NCBI RefSeq assembly: GCF_009914755.1
Contig: NC_060926.1
Source: the human T2T-CHM13v2.0 reference genome, Homo sapiens
DNA: 64,000 bases
Strand: one strand, 5' to 3'
The notes under the pieces are model-generated. The model did not search any database, was not told the DNA's origin, and worked only from the letters and a program-made list of their open reading frames with translations. Below are positions 53,651 to 64,000 of this stretch, in pieces. Position 1 is the stretch's first letter, and each line of letters opens with the position of its first letter. The translations under genes were made by a program, and so were the position numbers.

Positions 53651-56600
53651 CATCATTTCTTTTAATTTATGTAAGAACTTATTTTAAAAAACTGTTAAAA
53701 CAAAACAGCATTTATTTTTGCCAAATCTACACCCCTGCATTTATTCACATCTTTTTTCCCCTCATAAAAGTAGTACCTGCTCATTAAACTAGAAAAACAC
53801 TGAATATAGTAAAAAGAAAATAAAGTTGTTCATATTCATAGTCACTCTAAAATCTAGGTACTGGTCAACCTTTTGTTTTCAGACATTTTTGTTTTGCTTA
53901 TTGTAAAAATATGATGCATATTCATTCAACAAATATTTATAGATGATTTACTTTGTGCTCGGTACCTTGAGAGGTATTGAGGCAGGCTCTGATTTCCCAG
54001 TAACTAAAATAGACAAACTTCTACCTTAAGTGTATTTTATAATAATCTGTTTTTGTATTTTAGCTTGCTTTTCACAACTGTTATTTTAATAATGGCAAAT
54101 TTAATTATGTGGGTGAATCAGTATGTGTAATCATTTGCATATTGTTGGACATTTCCAATTTTTCAGTATCATTTTTCTCACTTTTAGAATGTTTCCTTGA
54201 AGTACATTTCTTTTGAAATGGAGAAATCTGGTCAAAGGGTATGGCCACATTTAAGGCTCCTGAAAAAAATTTCCAAATTCCTTTTCGAAACATGTACCAA
54301 TTTTCATTCCTACTAGAAATGGACAAAGGGATTTTTTAAAAAACAATTTGCCAGGAATTATTATAATAACTAAAAATTGTTTTTGTTATTTTGATAGATA
54401 TTTCATTTCAACTTTCCTTTCTGGATAACTAGCAAGACTACATTTTTGTTATAATGTTAAATATTTCTTTAAAAATTTTTGCCTTTTGACATACTAAGGT
54501 GCTCACGGTTTTGTTTCATGTGTACAGGCTCCTCACCATGACATGAGCCTTTTTTGGTATATACCTTCCCTGAGAGTTATCTCAAAAGAGAAATACAGAA
54601 AATAATCACTGAGTTATCTGACGTCAAACCAAGGCTTATGCACCTTTCCAACTCCAGGGCCCAGCCCTTGGTGTAGGACACAGCAGGTTTTCCCCTCAGG
54701 ATGCAGTGGAAGTGCACCCAGATGTCAAGCGGCACATTGGATTCTGGGGGTCCAAAGACACTGGGACTAACAATGACAAACAAGGCTGTGTAAACTAAGG
54801 CTGAGCCAAGAAATACCTTCCTAGTAAACCAATCCAGTCTTTATGGGTAGAGAAAGAAAATTTCTTAGCCAGAGAACTGAGGATACAAGTAACTGGAAAG
54901 CATCAGAAACAGCCAGTAAAAATGAAGGGACTCTTAGAAAAGTTATTGACTGGAAGGAAACAAAGTACCTTAAAATCAACAAAATAAATTCATATTTATT
55001 CTACATTTTTTACATGTGAGGGATGCTGCTGGTCATGGTGGATAAGTAGAGGTCTATACCCCAGCTTACATAATCATTCAATTCAGAAACTTCTTAGGTA
55101 ACTCAGTGATAGATCCTGTGAAATTCTTAGTTATACATACTCACAGTTATGTACACAGATAACACTGAGACTCATTGAAAGGCGCAGGAAAAAGCATCTC
55201 CCAAACTAGGGAGGTGCAAAGGATTCTGGGGTCTGCCTTATTTGCCCTTAGGCAGGCCTCTTTTTGTCACAACATTTGGTGGATAAGGGGATAAGAGATA
55301 ATCATTGTAATACTGCAATTGGATTCGGCATCTTCCCTCTTACCACTGCCCTTCTCAGGGTTGTGAGAGGCTGGCAGGACCCCACACCAACAAGAGAAAA
55401 TAAAAGAGACTGAGAGGAAACAATCTTCTTTGTGGTAGCTGGTGTCTGCTTGTGGAACTATTCTGAGGGACCTTATGGGAAAAGGGCCCTTTTTATATTT
55501 TATGAAATAATTGCATTAGGTCAAATTTGTATGCTTCCAAGAGTGCCTGTGAAACATGATCCTTAATTTCAAGGATTGACATAGCAAAAACAAGAGAGAA
55601 AAAATAATTACAAAACAGGTTGTCACACAAGGAAGAACTAAACATTAGAAACAATTTACACCTTACAAGTTACTTCTGGTGGAGGTGATGCCAAGTCACC
55701 TGGGAGAGGAGCTGTGAGCTGAAATCATTTGAGCAACCCCTTGAGTCAGCTGAATGAAGGCAGCCAGGCACCTCACATTGTAGGGGCAGGGCACTACTGC
55801 CCCTAACCTTATGGAGCCATTCATTATCTTTACGGTGACTTTAACAATAGGTATTATTTGTTGAACACCCAAATTCCAGGTATTTTGCCAAGAGCATTAT
55901 CTATATTATCTACATTATCACTGGCCCTAGTGCTCTCTCCAGGACCAATCTAATGTTTCCTTCTTTGACCTTTACCTCATGCCCCACAATTCCAACCTGA
56001 ATTAATAGTTCCATTATTAGTTAATTGATGATTAGTAATGCTCTTTTCTCATTCTCTTTACTTCTTTAATACAGCACTTCTCATTCTGCAGGCTACGTTT
56101 CTGGCTGCCCCACTGCACAATTGAGCTTGGTTAAGAGCATGACCCATGTTTCACTCCAGTTTCCCAAGCAGTTAGTAGATCCTAAATATTCTGTTGGGTG
56201 AATGTTAAGTTAAACTCCATGACTTCAAGTTCGCCAAAGAATCACGGAATCATGGAATTTTTGAGCAGGAGAGGACTTAGAACCTTTGATACAATCTCCT
56301 TTTACATAAAAGTAATTGAAATAACTTAACTTGCCTGAGGTCATATGAACTTCGTAGAATGAGGATTAGAATACACTTCCCTGGCTTTTCAACCCAATAC
56401 TATTTCTTCTGTAGAAGATGTTACCAAACAACTAAATATCTTTCTCCCCTAAGCTCCTTACCCCACTAAATCCTATCAGCAATTGGCCTTTGGGCCTTCA
56501 GGCTATTTCTGTTCTTAAATTTCCTAAAAGAACCCATGTTTAACGTACAGCTTTCCTTTTCTGTCTCCCCATTCCAAACAAAGCAAAGCTTCAACTCCAA

Positions 56601-58019
56601 ATTGGCTGGCTTTTGCTGTAACATCACATCGTGTAAAGCTGGGGGAAAATTCTGCTTTTATTTTCACTAACAAGCTTTTCCCACAAGCACTCTTTGACCC
56701 AGCCAAATCAAAATGCTTGTCCACACACAGACCATGATCTTTTTTGAGGCATGAGATATTCTATCTGTTCATTCTGAGTGGAATATCCTTACTACTTATG
56801 AACCTAGCGAACTTTAATGAACTGTTCCCCTTCTGGACTAGGAGCTCTTAGCACAGAGTAGAGACCTGGCTTTAGTCACACAGCAATTGAATGAGTGTAT
56901 GTCCAGCACCTAGCAACATATAGCCCTCAATAAAGTTAACTGAATGACTGTGTCTTTGGAAAATTATGGAAATGTAACTTACTCTTTAGAGTTGCTATCA
57001 AGCCTTTACCAAAAGTTTTCTATTAGGAGAAATAGTAAGCAAATACGTTGGCTCACTCAGTCTTTTCTTCTTTCCCTTAACTCTATACATCTTTTGACTG
57101 CCATTCTCACTCCCTTTGTGAACTGCACATTCTCACAGCACCCCTGCCCCTGGACACTTGTGGGAGAGGAATCCACAAATTCCTTTGAGGCTCCATCACC
57201 GGAACAAGTTCTCAGTAGCTGGAGAAGGTCTGGGTGGCAAACAGGAAGTTTTTGTATTCTGGCTACTTTGTGCCGTGGGGTAAAAACCGCAGAGTCCACC
57301 TGGAGACTGCAAAAAGAATGGTAGAACAAACAAAACTGTCACTATCTCCACCTAAAGCTTTTCTGGGTGGACATTCTGACTCAACATCACTCAGAACTTT
57401 TCTTTCCAGAACTGGCTCCTCATGTGCAAGACAGAAGAGTCCCGCAGAAAAGTGTCATGTTTTAGCTCTCATCGCCACCCCCCAACCCCAAACTCTTCTC
57501 CTTCACTTTTAAGAATGTTGAGCGGGACATTTTAAACACTGTTTTGGATTTTTAAGGTTTCAAATAATCCGAAGGACACTTCCCTTTGGCAGCGACAGTT
57601 GCAAGCTATGAGCCAAAAAGAAATAGAGGTTGTTCCCCTAATCTCCAAATACATTCTACCCTCTTCAATTCCCAGGACCCCAACTTGTCCCTTCCTCCAG
57701 CTTACGCGAGGGGCAAGTGGCAGCTCTTCTCCGCCTGCGTGCCTGGCCTCGTCAACAACACCCATTAGTCTCCCGTCTCCCGGGGCGGCGGGGGACTCCC
57801 AACCACGCGCCCAGGGCCCTTGCCCAGGTACTGGGGCCCCGGGAGCCACGACGGCCCCCGCGCAGGCGGATGGGATGGAACCAGCCCTGGGGACGCGGGT
57901 AGCCCAATGGGCAGCCTCGCCCCGGAGGCGGGCCCAGGCCGGAAGCCACCCCGCGGCACAGCGGCCCCGCGATACGGTGCCCGCGCCCCCGCCTTCTCTG
58001 GCACAGGCTCCGCGGCCAA

Positions 58020-58099
58020 GGGCGGCAGGGGCCAGCCCGCCGGGTCCCCGCCGCGCTCTTTGTCCTGGCCGCGCGCGGGCGGACGCGTGCACCCCCAGG
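58020..58099 (+). other. UBE2E3: Candidate alternative non-coding first exon of UBE2E3 (start approximate)
   Basis: Good donor AGG|GTGAGG at 58099/58100 inside the CpG island, with matching strong acceptors at 58525 and 58581; no transcript data available. Confidence 0.45.
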
Positions 58100-58239
58100 G
58101 TGAGGGGAGGTGTGGAGAGCGCGCACGGGAGCGCGCGGGAACAGCTCGCGCCCGCCGGGCGTCGGCGGCGCGCGCCCCTCCGCCAGGCAAGCAGCGAGCA
58201 CGCGCGTCGCCGCCGCGCCCGCCCCTCCCCCCCGCGCTC

Positions 58240-58613
58240 GCCTCGGAACTTGCTGACTGCGCGGCCGGGAGGAGCCGAGCCGGGCGGCGGCGGCGGGAGG
58301 CTACAGCGCGCGGGGGTCTCCCGCGTCCCCTCCGCCTCGCCGGGAGCTCGCGCCCTCGCCCAGCCGAGCTCCCACCCCCGCTTTTTTCCGAAGGCGCTGG
58401 GCGGCGCCACCCTCCGGCCGGAGCCCGGCACTGCACAACCCCCTCCGACTTTCAATGTTCCACACTCCCCGGCCAGAGCCTCCTCGGCTTCTTTTTTTCC
58501 CTCCCCCCCCTTCCCCCCCCCACAGCTGCCTCCATTTCCTTAAGGAAGGGTTTTTTTCTCTCTCCCTCCCCCACACCGTAGCGGCGCGCGAGCGGGCCGG
58601 GCGGGCGGCCGAG
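58240..58613 (+). other. UBE2E3: UBE2E3 exon 1 (5'UTR; TSS approximate)
   Basis: Consensus donor GAG|GTAAGG at 58613/58614 followed by G-triplet-rich intron start; next acceptor before the ATG is at 59657. Confidence 0.8.
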
Positions 58614-59682
58614 GTAAGGCGGCGGGGCCGGGGGGCCGCGTGGGGGGCGGCCGGGGCGGCGGCGGCGGTGGGGGAGGGGGCGGGGGCGGGCAGCTTTGTT
58701 CGCGCCGGGCGCCCGCGTCGCCGGTGTCCGCGAGCCGCGGCGGGGCCGGCTGGGCTGCTCGCATCACTTGGCGCCCGGCGCGGCGAGCGCTACCCGCGGC
58801 CCCCGCGCGGCCCTCCCCACAAAGGGCCGCGGAGCTGCGTGGCCGCCGCCGCCGGCCGTGGCTCGCCTCCGCGGGCGCGGAAATTTGTTGCACTTCTTGG
58901 GGCTTTGTTTATTTGTTTGTTTTTTCTCTGGGTTTCTTATTTTTTTCGTTATTTTGGACAAAATGTCGGTCCGTGATATAAAAATTGAGCGAGGAACCTT
59001 GGTGGCATTGGGAGCTTTGCAGAAGGTGCAGTTTGAATTCTGCTTTTCCCAGGGTGGCAGCTCGGTCTTGGCCGGATGAATCTTCGCTGCTGGCCGTGGA
59101 AACAGCTAGAGCAGCTCGTTAGTTGATTTTTAAATTTCCAAGTGTTGTGTTTAAAGGCTTTACGTGCACTGAGGAGGAATCGCCACCTTAAATAAGCATA
59201 TGGGCGATTAACAGGGTGTGTTTTCCTCTCGGAAAGGGAATTTGGTAGCTTTGACCAATGTCAGTGTGTAAATATTTAGACGTTATTAGTGACTTTTAAA
59301 CATTTTTCAGCGAGATCTGTTATTTACAGTGTGTCATATGTTATTAATGCTTGTTGCCTAAGTTCCTTGGCAAATCTGTTTCATGCCTTCTGAGAAAGTA
59401 GACAATTGATAGATTGTCCAAGAGACGGAAAAAAATGTGAGTGGGTTTTCTAACTTGAGTTCGGCAAATCCCTTAACGCTGGCGTTGTGTGACACATCAC
59501 CTCCCTTGTACGTACCCCTGTTGTACGATGAAATAAGTGTGAACACTTTTGAAGCTTTTTCATTACAAGACGATTTTAGATGACTAGAAGAAAATGCTGT
59601 TGGTTTATTTCCTAGATTTAACATTTTCTCCTCCTCCTCCCCTGTTCTCTTTAAAAGTTTTCCAAGAGATAACTTCACCAAG

Positions 59683-59876
59683 ATGTCCAGTGATAGGCAA
59701 AGGTCCGATGATGAGAGCCCCAGCACCAGCAGTGGCAGTTCAGATGCGGACCAGCGAGACCCAGCCGCTCCAGAGCCTGAAGAACAAGAGGAAAGAAAAC
59801 CTTCTGCCACCCAGCAGAAGAAAAACACCAAACTCTCTAGCAAAACCACTGCTAAGTTATCCACTAGTGCTAAAAG
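59683..59876 (+). CDS. UBE2E3: Ubiquitin-conjugating enzyme E2 E3, first coding exon (exon 59658-59876)
   Basis: MSSDRQRSDDESPSTSSGSSDADQRDPAAPEPEEQEERKPSATQQKKNTKLSSKTTAKLSTSAK(R) is the UBE2E3 N-terminal extension; pyrimidine tract and AAG acceptor at 59657; donor AAG|GTAATG, phase 2. Confidence 0.97.
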
Positions 59877-61682
59877 GTAATGTGTAAAAGAAGGATCCAG
59901 CACACTTTGTCAGGTTGTCTTCCAGGTGGTTGGACGCTTTTGTTGGTTTTACCTCAATAGCAGTAGTTCAGAAATATTTACTTCATTATCAGTTTAATTG
60001 TACTTGAATGAGTTGTCATTCTTTAGGTGGTATGTAAGCAACATTACTAGAATTATACTTTTAAGCAAACTTAATTCTGTACTTCGGTAACTTCAGTTAA
60101 GAGTGTCCTTGAGTAGAGATTAGACTAACATTCTGACAGATTGTTTAAGGAGTTGGCAAGGAAAATTTGGTGAACCCAAATTAGATGGTACTTTGGGGAT
60201 GTTCCTTTTATGAGTCATAATCTTCTTTAATGAAATTGACACTTCCAGAGATTAGCAGTGCCTCTCTTCATGAAACTTAATGATCAGAAATGATCATATT
60301 TGCTAGAAAATTTGCAATTTCAGGCCTTTGCTATATTTGAAAGCAGATTTAAAATTGTGCTGCAAATCTGCTTACAGTTTTACAAAACATGACTTTCAAT
60401 CGTATATCACAGGTAACTTTCCTGGTTAAATTATGATTATCCCTTCCTGTGCTTGTGAGGGCAAATCAAACTGAAAAGTAGCCCTTTACAATTTGAGGTG
60501 TCACTAGTGATAGAAAACTTGCATTGTCCTTGGGCCTCTTCACTCTGAAACTTGTGGATGTGCTTGACAAGTTAATACTCAACAGCAGGAGAAACATATT
60601 TAATTGGATGTAAGTGAAAGATCATTTGTTTCCTATTGATTGATGTTTTCTGATGGAGAAAAAAAGATTCTGTCAATGAGACTCTTATCAGTGGTAGTAG
60701 TAGTGGAATATCCACAAACTCTAGTAATTATACATAAAATGTATAATGTTTACAGCATTAACCAATTTTGACATTTTGTTAATTTTTATTGATAACTAAA
60801 GGAAAAAGAATATAAAAACTGATCAAATATTGCATTCTGTGGTGATTCATAAATACTCATATTTTTCTATGGATTTTCACCCTTATTGTCTCAGTAATGA
60901 AGTATTAATAACTTGATAATATTTTTGAATGGCAGCAGTCTTTGACATAATTTAAAATTCTCAATTTGGTATAGTGTTGATGCGGAACATATTAGACACA
61001 TCTAAAGTTTTGAAATCATCTTAAATTTGAATCAAATCAGAGAACTGCTTTTCTCCCCCTTAACTCAGGCCTATGTATTTTCTCCTCTTTCTCTCAATGT
61101 TTATTAAATTTAAGTGCTGTACCTAAAATCAGGGAAAACAGAAATGGTTAAATTAGAATGTCAAGTAGTCTTTGAAAGTTTTTCACAAGTAAAGATATTT
61201 GTAAATTTTAAACTTTTTTTTTGACAGATAAAATATTGTCAGAACTGTTAATGTGCTCTTGCAGTAGCCTGTTAATTTTTACCTCAGTAAAAGTCACTTC
61301 AAGTCCTTGTCAAATATTCCAGTGCTTTCCCTCCTCCCTTTTTGTCTCATTTGCATATAAGCTTGAAAAGAGAATTTCTTTGGTAAAAAGTGTTTTGAAA
61401 TAGATATTATATTCTTTACTGAGTACTAGTGGATGAGTATTTCTCCAATCAAGTGTAAATGACTTACTTGTTTGCAGCAGCAAGTGAGAAAAAAAGCTGC
61501 AAAGTTTCTGTTAAGGGATTTGGGTTATGCCTCTGAGAACAAAGAGGAAGCAGCCATGTTAGCATTACTGAAGGCAGAGCCAGCCTTGCATTTAACTGCA
61601 TGGTGGTAGAGGGCAGTGTAATTCCCTGGTTATTCTGTAGACTATATCAAATCCTTTTTGTCTCTTCTCATTTCACTAACAG

Positions 61683-61733
61683 AATTCAGAAGGAGCTAGC
61701 TGAAATAACCCTTGATCCTCCTCCTAATTGCAG
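61683..61733 (+). CDS. UBE2E3: UBE2E3 second coding exon (51 nt, start of UBC domain); CDS continues beyond window
   Basis: Acceptor '...tttcactaacag|', donor CAG|GTAAGA; in frame with previous exon giving (R)IQKELAEITLDPPPNC(S), the UBE2E helix-1 motif. Confidence 0.97.
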
Positions 61734-62909
61734 GTAAGAAATGAATTTTGTTGTTTTGGTTTCAAATTGTGGAAAAATACCAAGAGATTGATGTATTGTC
61801 TGGATATGTGTGCAGCAGAGGAGACAACATTTGCTTCTTTACAGCTTTGCAAGTGCATTAAACAAAAATTGTAGAAGGTGAACTAGATAAAATTGGGAGA
61901 AAAAATACTTTTTAGCATAAGTATACATTGTGGATTTATGAATATACTGATTTTGTGCTTCTGATATTCATATGAATGGTGCTGATTTTTGTTCTGATGT
62001 ATTTCTGTAGAGGGTGTTTTTTCAGAAGTATACTGAAGAAACTTCTAAAATTTTGCTAAGCTTTAAAGTTACTGCTTGTGTGTGCAATCTGAACTGACCT
62101 TCCACATTTAGAAATTGCTGAATGTGGTGTTACAAAATGTAAATGCAGTAAATAAGCATATAGTTGGTTCTGTTTGATTTATTCAGTTACTAGCCTTAAG
62201 GACAAATTTTATGGGCTAAGCTAATGGTTTTAGTGGTCGTTTTCTACAGAATGCATTGTTGGAATTATTTACGTTTTAAGCAAATGTCCTAATTGCTTGG
62301 GAACATTTTTAGTAATTTTGGTGGTTGGAATATGTGTATGAAAAGCAGTAAATGAATTGGAATTGTGGGAATTCATTTTAGTGGAACTCAGGTAGATGAA
62401 TTTAAGATTATTGGTTGGTATAAGATACATTAAAAGTAGCTGGTTGATTATTTTTTCTCTAATAATTTTTTTCATTTCATTTGTATAGCGCTCTATTCTT
62501 TTTTTAATGACTATGGCTTACAAAATTGAACACGCATAGAAAACAATATTGTAGATAGTTTGTGAAGAGATATGTGCTCAATAATGCGAGTGGCTGCAAG
62601 GAATTAGGCAGTTTTATGGTTTGATAGGACAATGTTTTCATGTTTAACCTGTATTTTTGCTACAAGTTGTATTCACTTGGGATGATCAGACCCTGTCTCT
62701 GAAGTCTGCTTGTGATATAATAGGGTATAATCCAGTTGCTTCTTATTGTGTATGTTAACTGGATCCTCAGATAAGGTGATTTGATCCTGATTTATCCGAT
62801 GAATGAACAGTTTGCTTGTATTTGTAATTTCAGTTCAAACAGGAAACATGAATGTAAACTAATTTTAAGGAGATGGTGGTATGTGAGATCTCAAAGTATT
62901 ACTTAAGAG

Positions 62910-63219
62910 CTATGCTGTCCGGTAATGTAGCCACTTGCCACATGTGGCTATTGGCCTCTTCAGTTGTGGCTAGTCCAAAATGAGATGTGCTATAAGGGTA
63001 AAATTTATACACATTGGATTTTAAAAACTTAGTACAACAAAAGGATGTATAATACTGCATTGACTTAAAAAAAGTTCATTAATATTAAAATAATATTTTG
63101 GATATATTTGGCTATATAAAATGTTAAAATTAATTTCACTTTTTTACTATGTTAATATGTTATTAGAATATTTAAAATTACGTATGTGACTTGCATTGTA
63201 TTTCTATTGAACAGTGCCG
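62910..63219. mobile_element. MER33-like hAT-Charlie DNA transposon in UBE2E3 intron
   Basis: Ends 'ctatgctgtcc' / 'gaacagtgccg', internal 'gtagccacttgccacatgtggctatt', 'tgtggctagtccaaaatgagatgtgct'; 8-bp TSD CTTAAGAG/CTTTAGAG. Confidence 0.85.
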
Positions 63220-64000
63220 CTTTAGAGAACAAGTAAATGAAAGTATTTTCCCTCCAGCCTTCTAAATGGTGTGTCAAATCTGTAGCCATTTAGGGAGGTC
63301 AAGTTAAATTTGCTCCCTGGAAGAATCACTTAACTTGCAGAGTGTATTCTGATATTTCCCATTATGAAAAATGTAAAGATCTATCAATTCAGAACTCTTA
63401 AATGTTTTAAAATTGCATGTAGGGTCAAACATTTTTAAAGGTTTCTGTTGATTGTCTGCAAATGAAACAAACTAATGTACGTGCATAAATCTAGAGAGCC
63501 TAGTAGACATGTATTAAGTGCCCTCAGAGCAATAGCCTAGTGTTGCAGTTGCCAAAGAAATCTACTTTACATGTTTAACTCCGGAATGTTTCCTCAAGGT
63601 CACTGAGGATTATTTTAGAGGGAGTAGAATCTTTCAATGAGATAGGAGGTTTCACTTGTCTTTCTCTTTATATACCAGATTTCATTTAAGTCCTTGAAAT
63701 AATGCTTCCTCATTTAGTGATCAGACTAGTGAAACATCAAAACTTTGGGCTTTCTGTGAACAGTAACATGGAACACCTCATCCCTGCTTTCCCTTGTCAC
63801 AACCTGTGATGACTATCAACTGCTGCAAATGACATCTTTCAGTTCTCAGGTTCTTTTAATAGATGAGTTTATGTGTGGCTGTGGTATGTGAAAAACAGAC
63901 ATACAGTATGTCTTAGTAGGGAACCAGGATAAGTGGTTTCTTATTATTTGGAGGCAGTGTTTTACCATATGCCTCACATGTAAAATATCCAGATACTTTG

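Larger units (their letters stand above)
57700..59130. promoter_or_regulatory. UBE2E3: CpG island / UBE2E3 promoter, TATA-less with GC boxes
   Basis: Abrupt switch from AT-rich to very GC- and CpG-rich sequence, multiple GGGCGG boxes, CCAAT at 57904-57908; spans exon 1 and start of intron 1. Confidence 0.95.

Noticed and set aside
57532-59079. Many long overlapping ORFs (up to 314 aa) on both strands of the CpG island
   Set aside because: Stop-codon scarcity in very GC-rich DNA; low-complexity Arg/Pro/Gly/Ala translations with no recognisable domain. Only the spliced frame from ATG 58455 is retained, as a uORF
59358-59903. 181-aa antisense ORF over UBE2E3 exon 2
   Set aside because: Shadow frame of a real exon extending into intron; no independent promoter, splice or homology support

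Overview
AT-rich, repeat-dense primate genomic DNA, most likely human chr2q31.3. The last ~6.3 kb holds a CpG-island promoter and the 5' end of UBE2E3 (ubiquitin-conjugating enzyme E2 E3) on the + strand: non-coding exon 1 (donor after 58613), coding exon 2 (59658-59876, ATG 59683) and coding exon 3 (61683-61733). The gene continues beyond the window. The ~57 kb upstream is intergenic. It contains a disrupted RPL27A processed pseudogene (- strand, 15-bp TSD), one Alu, MLT2A1/THE1/MLT1 LTRs, L1/L2/L3/MIR fragments, MER5/MER33 DNA transposons and microsatellites. I found no new multi-gene system. The best leads are: (i) a spliced 57-codon proline-rich uORF ending 10 nt before the UBE2E3 ATG, whose sequence doubles as internal 3' splice sites that would remove its start codon; (ii) a sense-oriented MLT2A1 LTR with TATA and splice donor intact but poly(A) signal mutated; (iii) three local non-tandem duplications, two with fold-back/micro-repeat junctions. 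Repeat subfamily names and boundaries were recognised by eye and are approximate.
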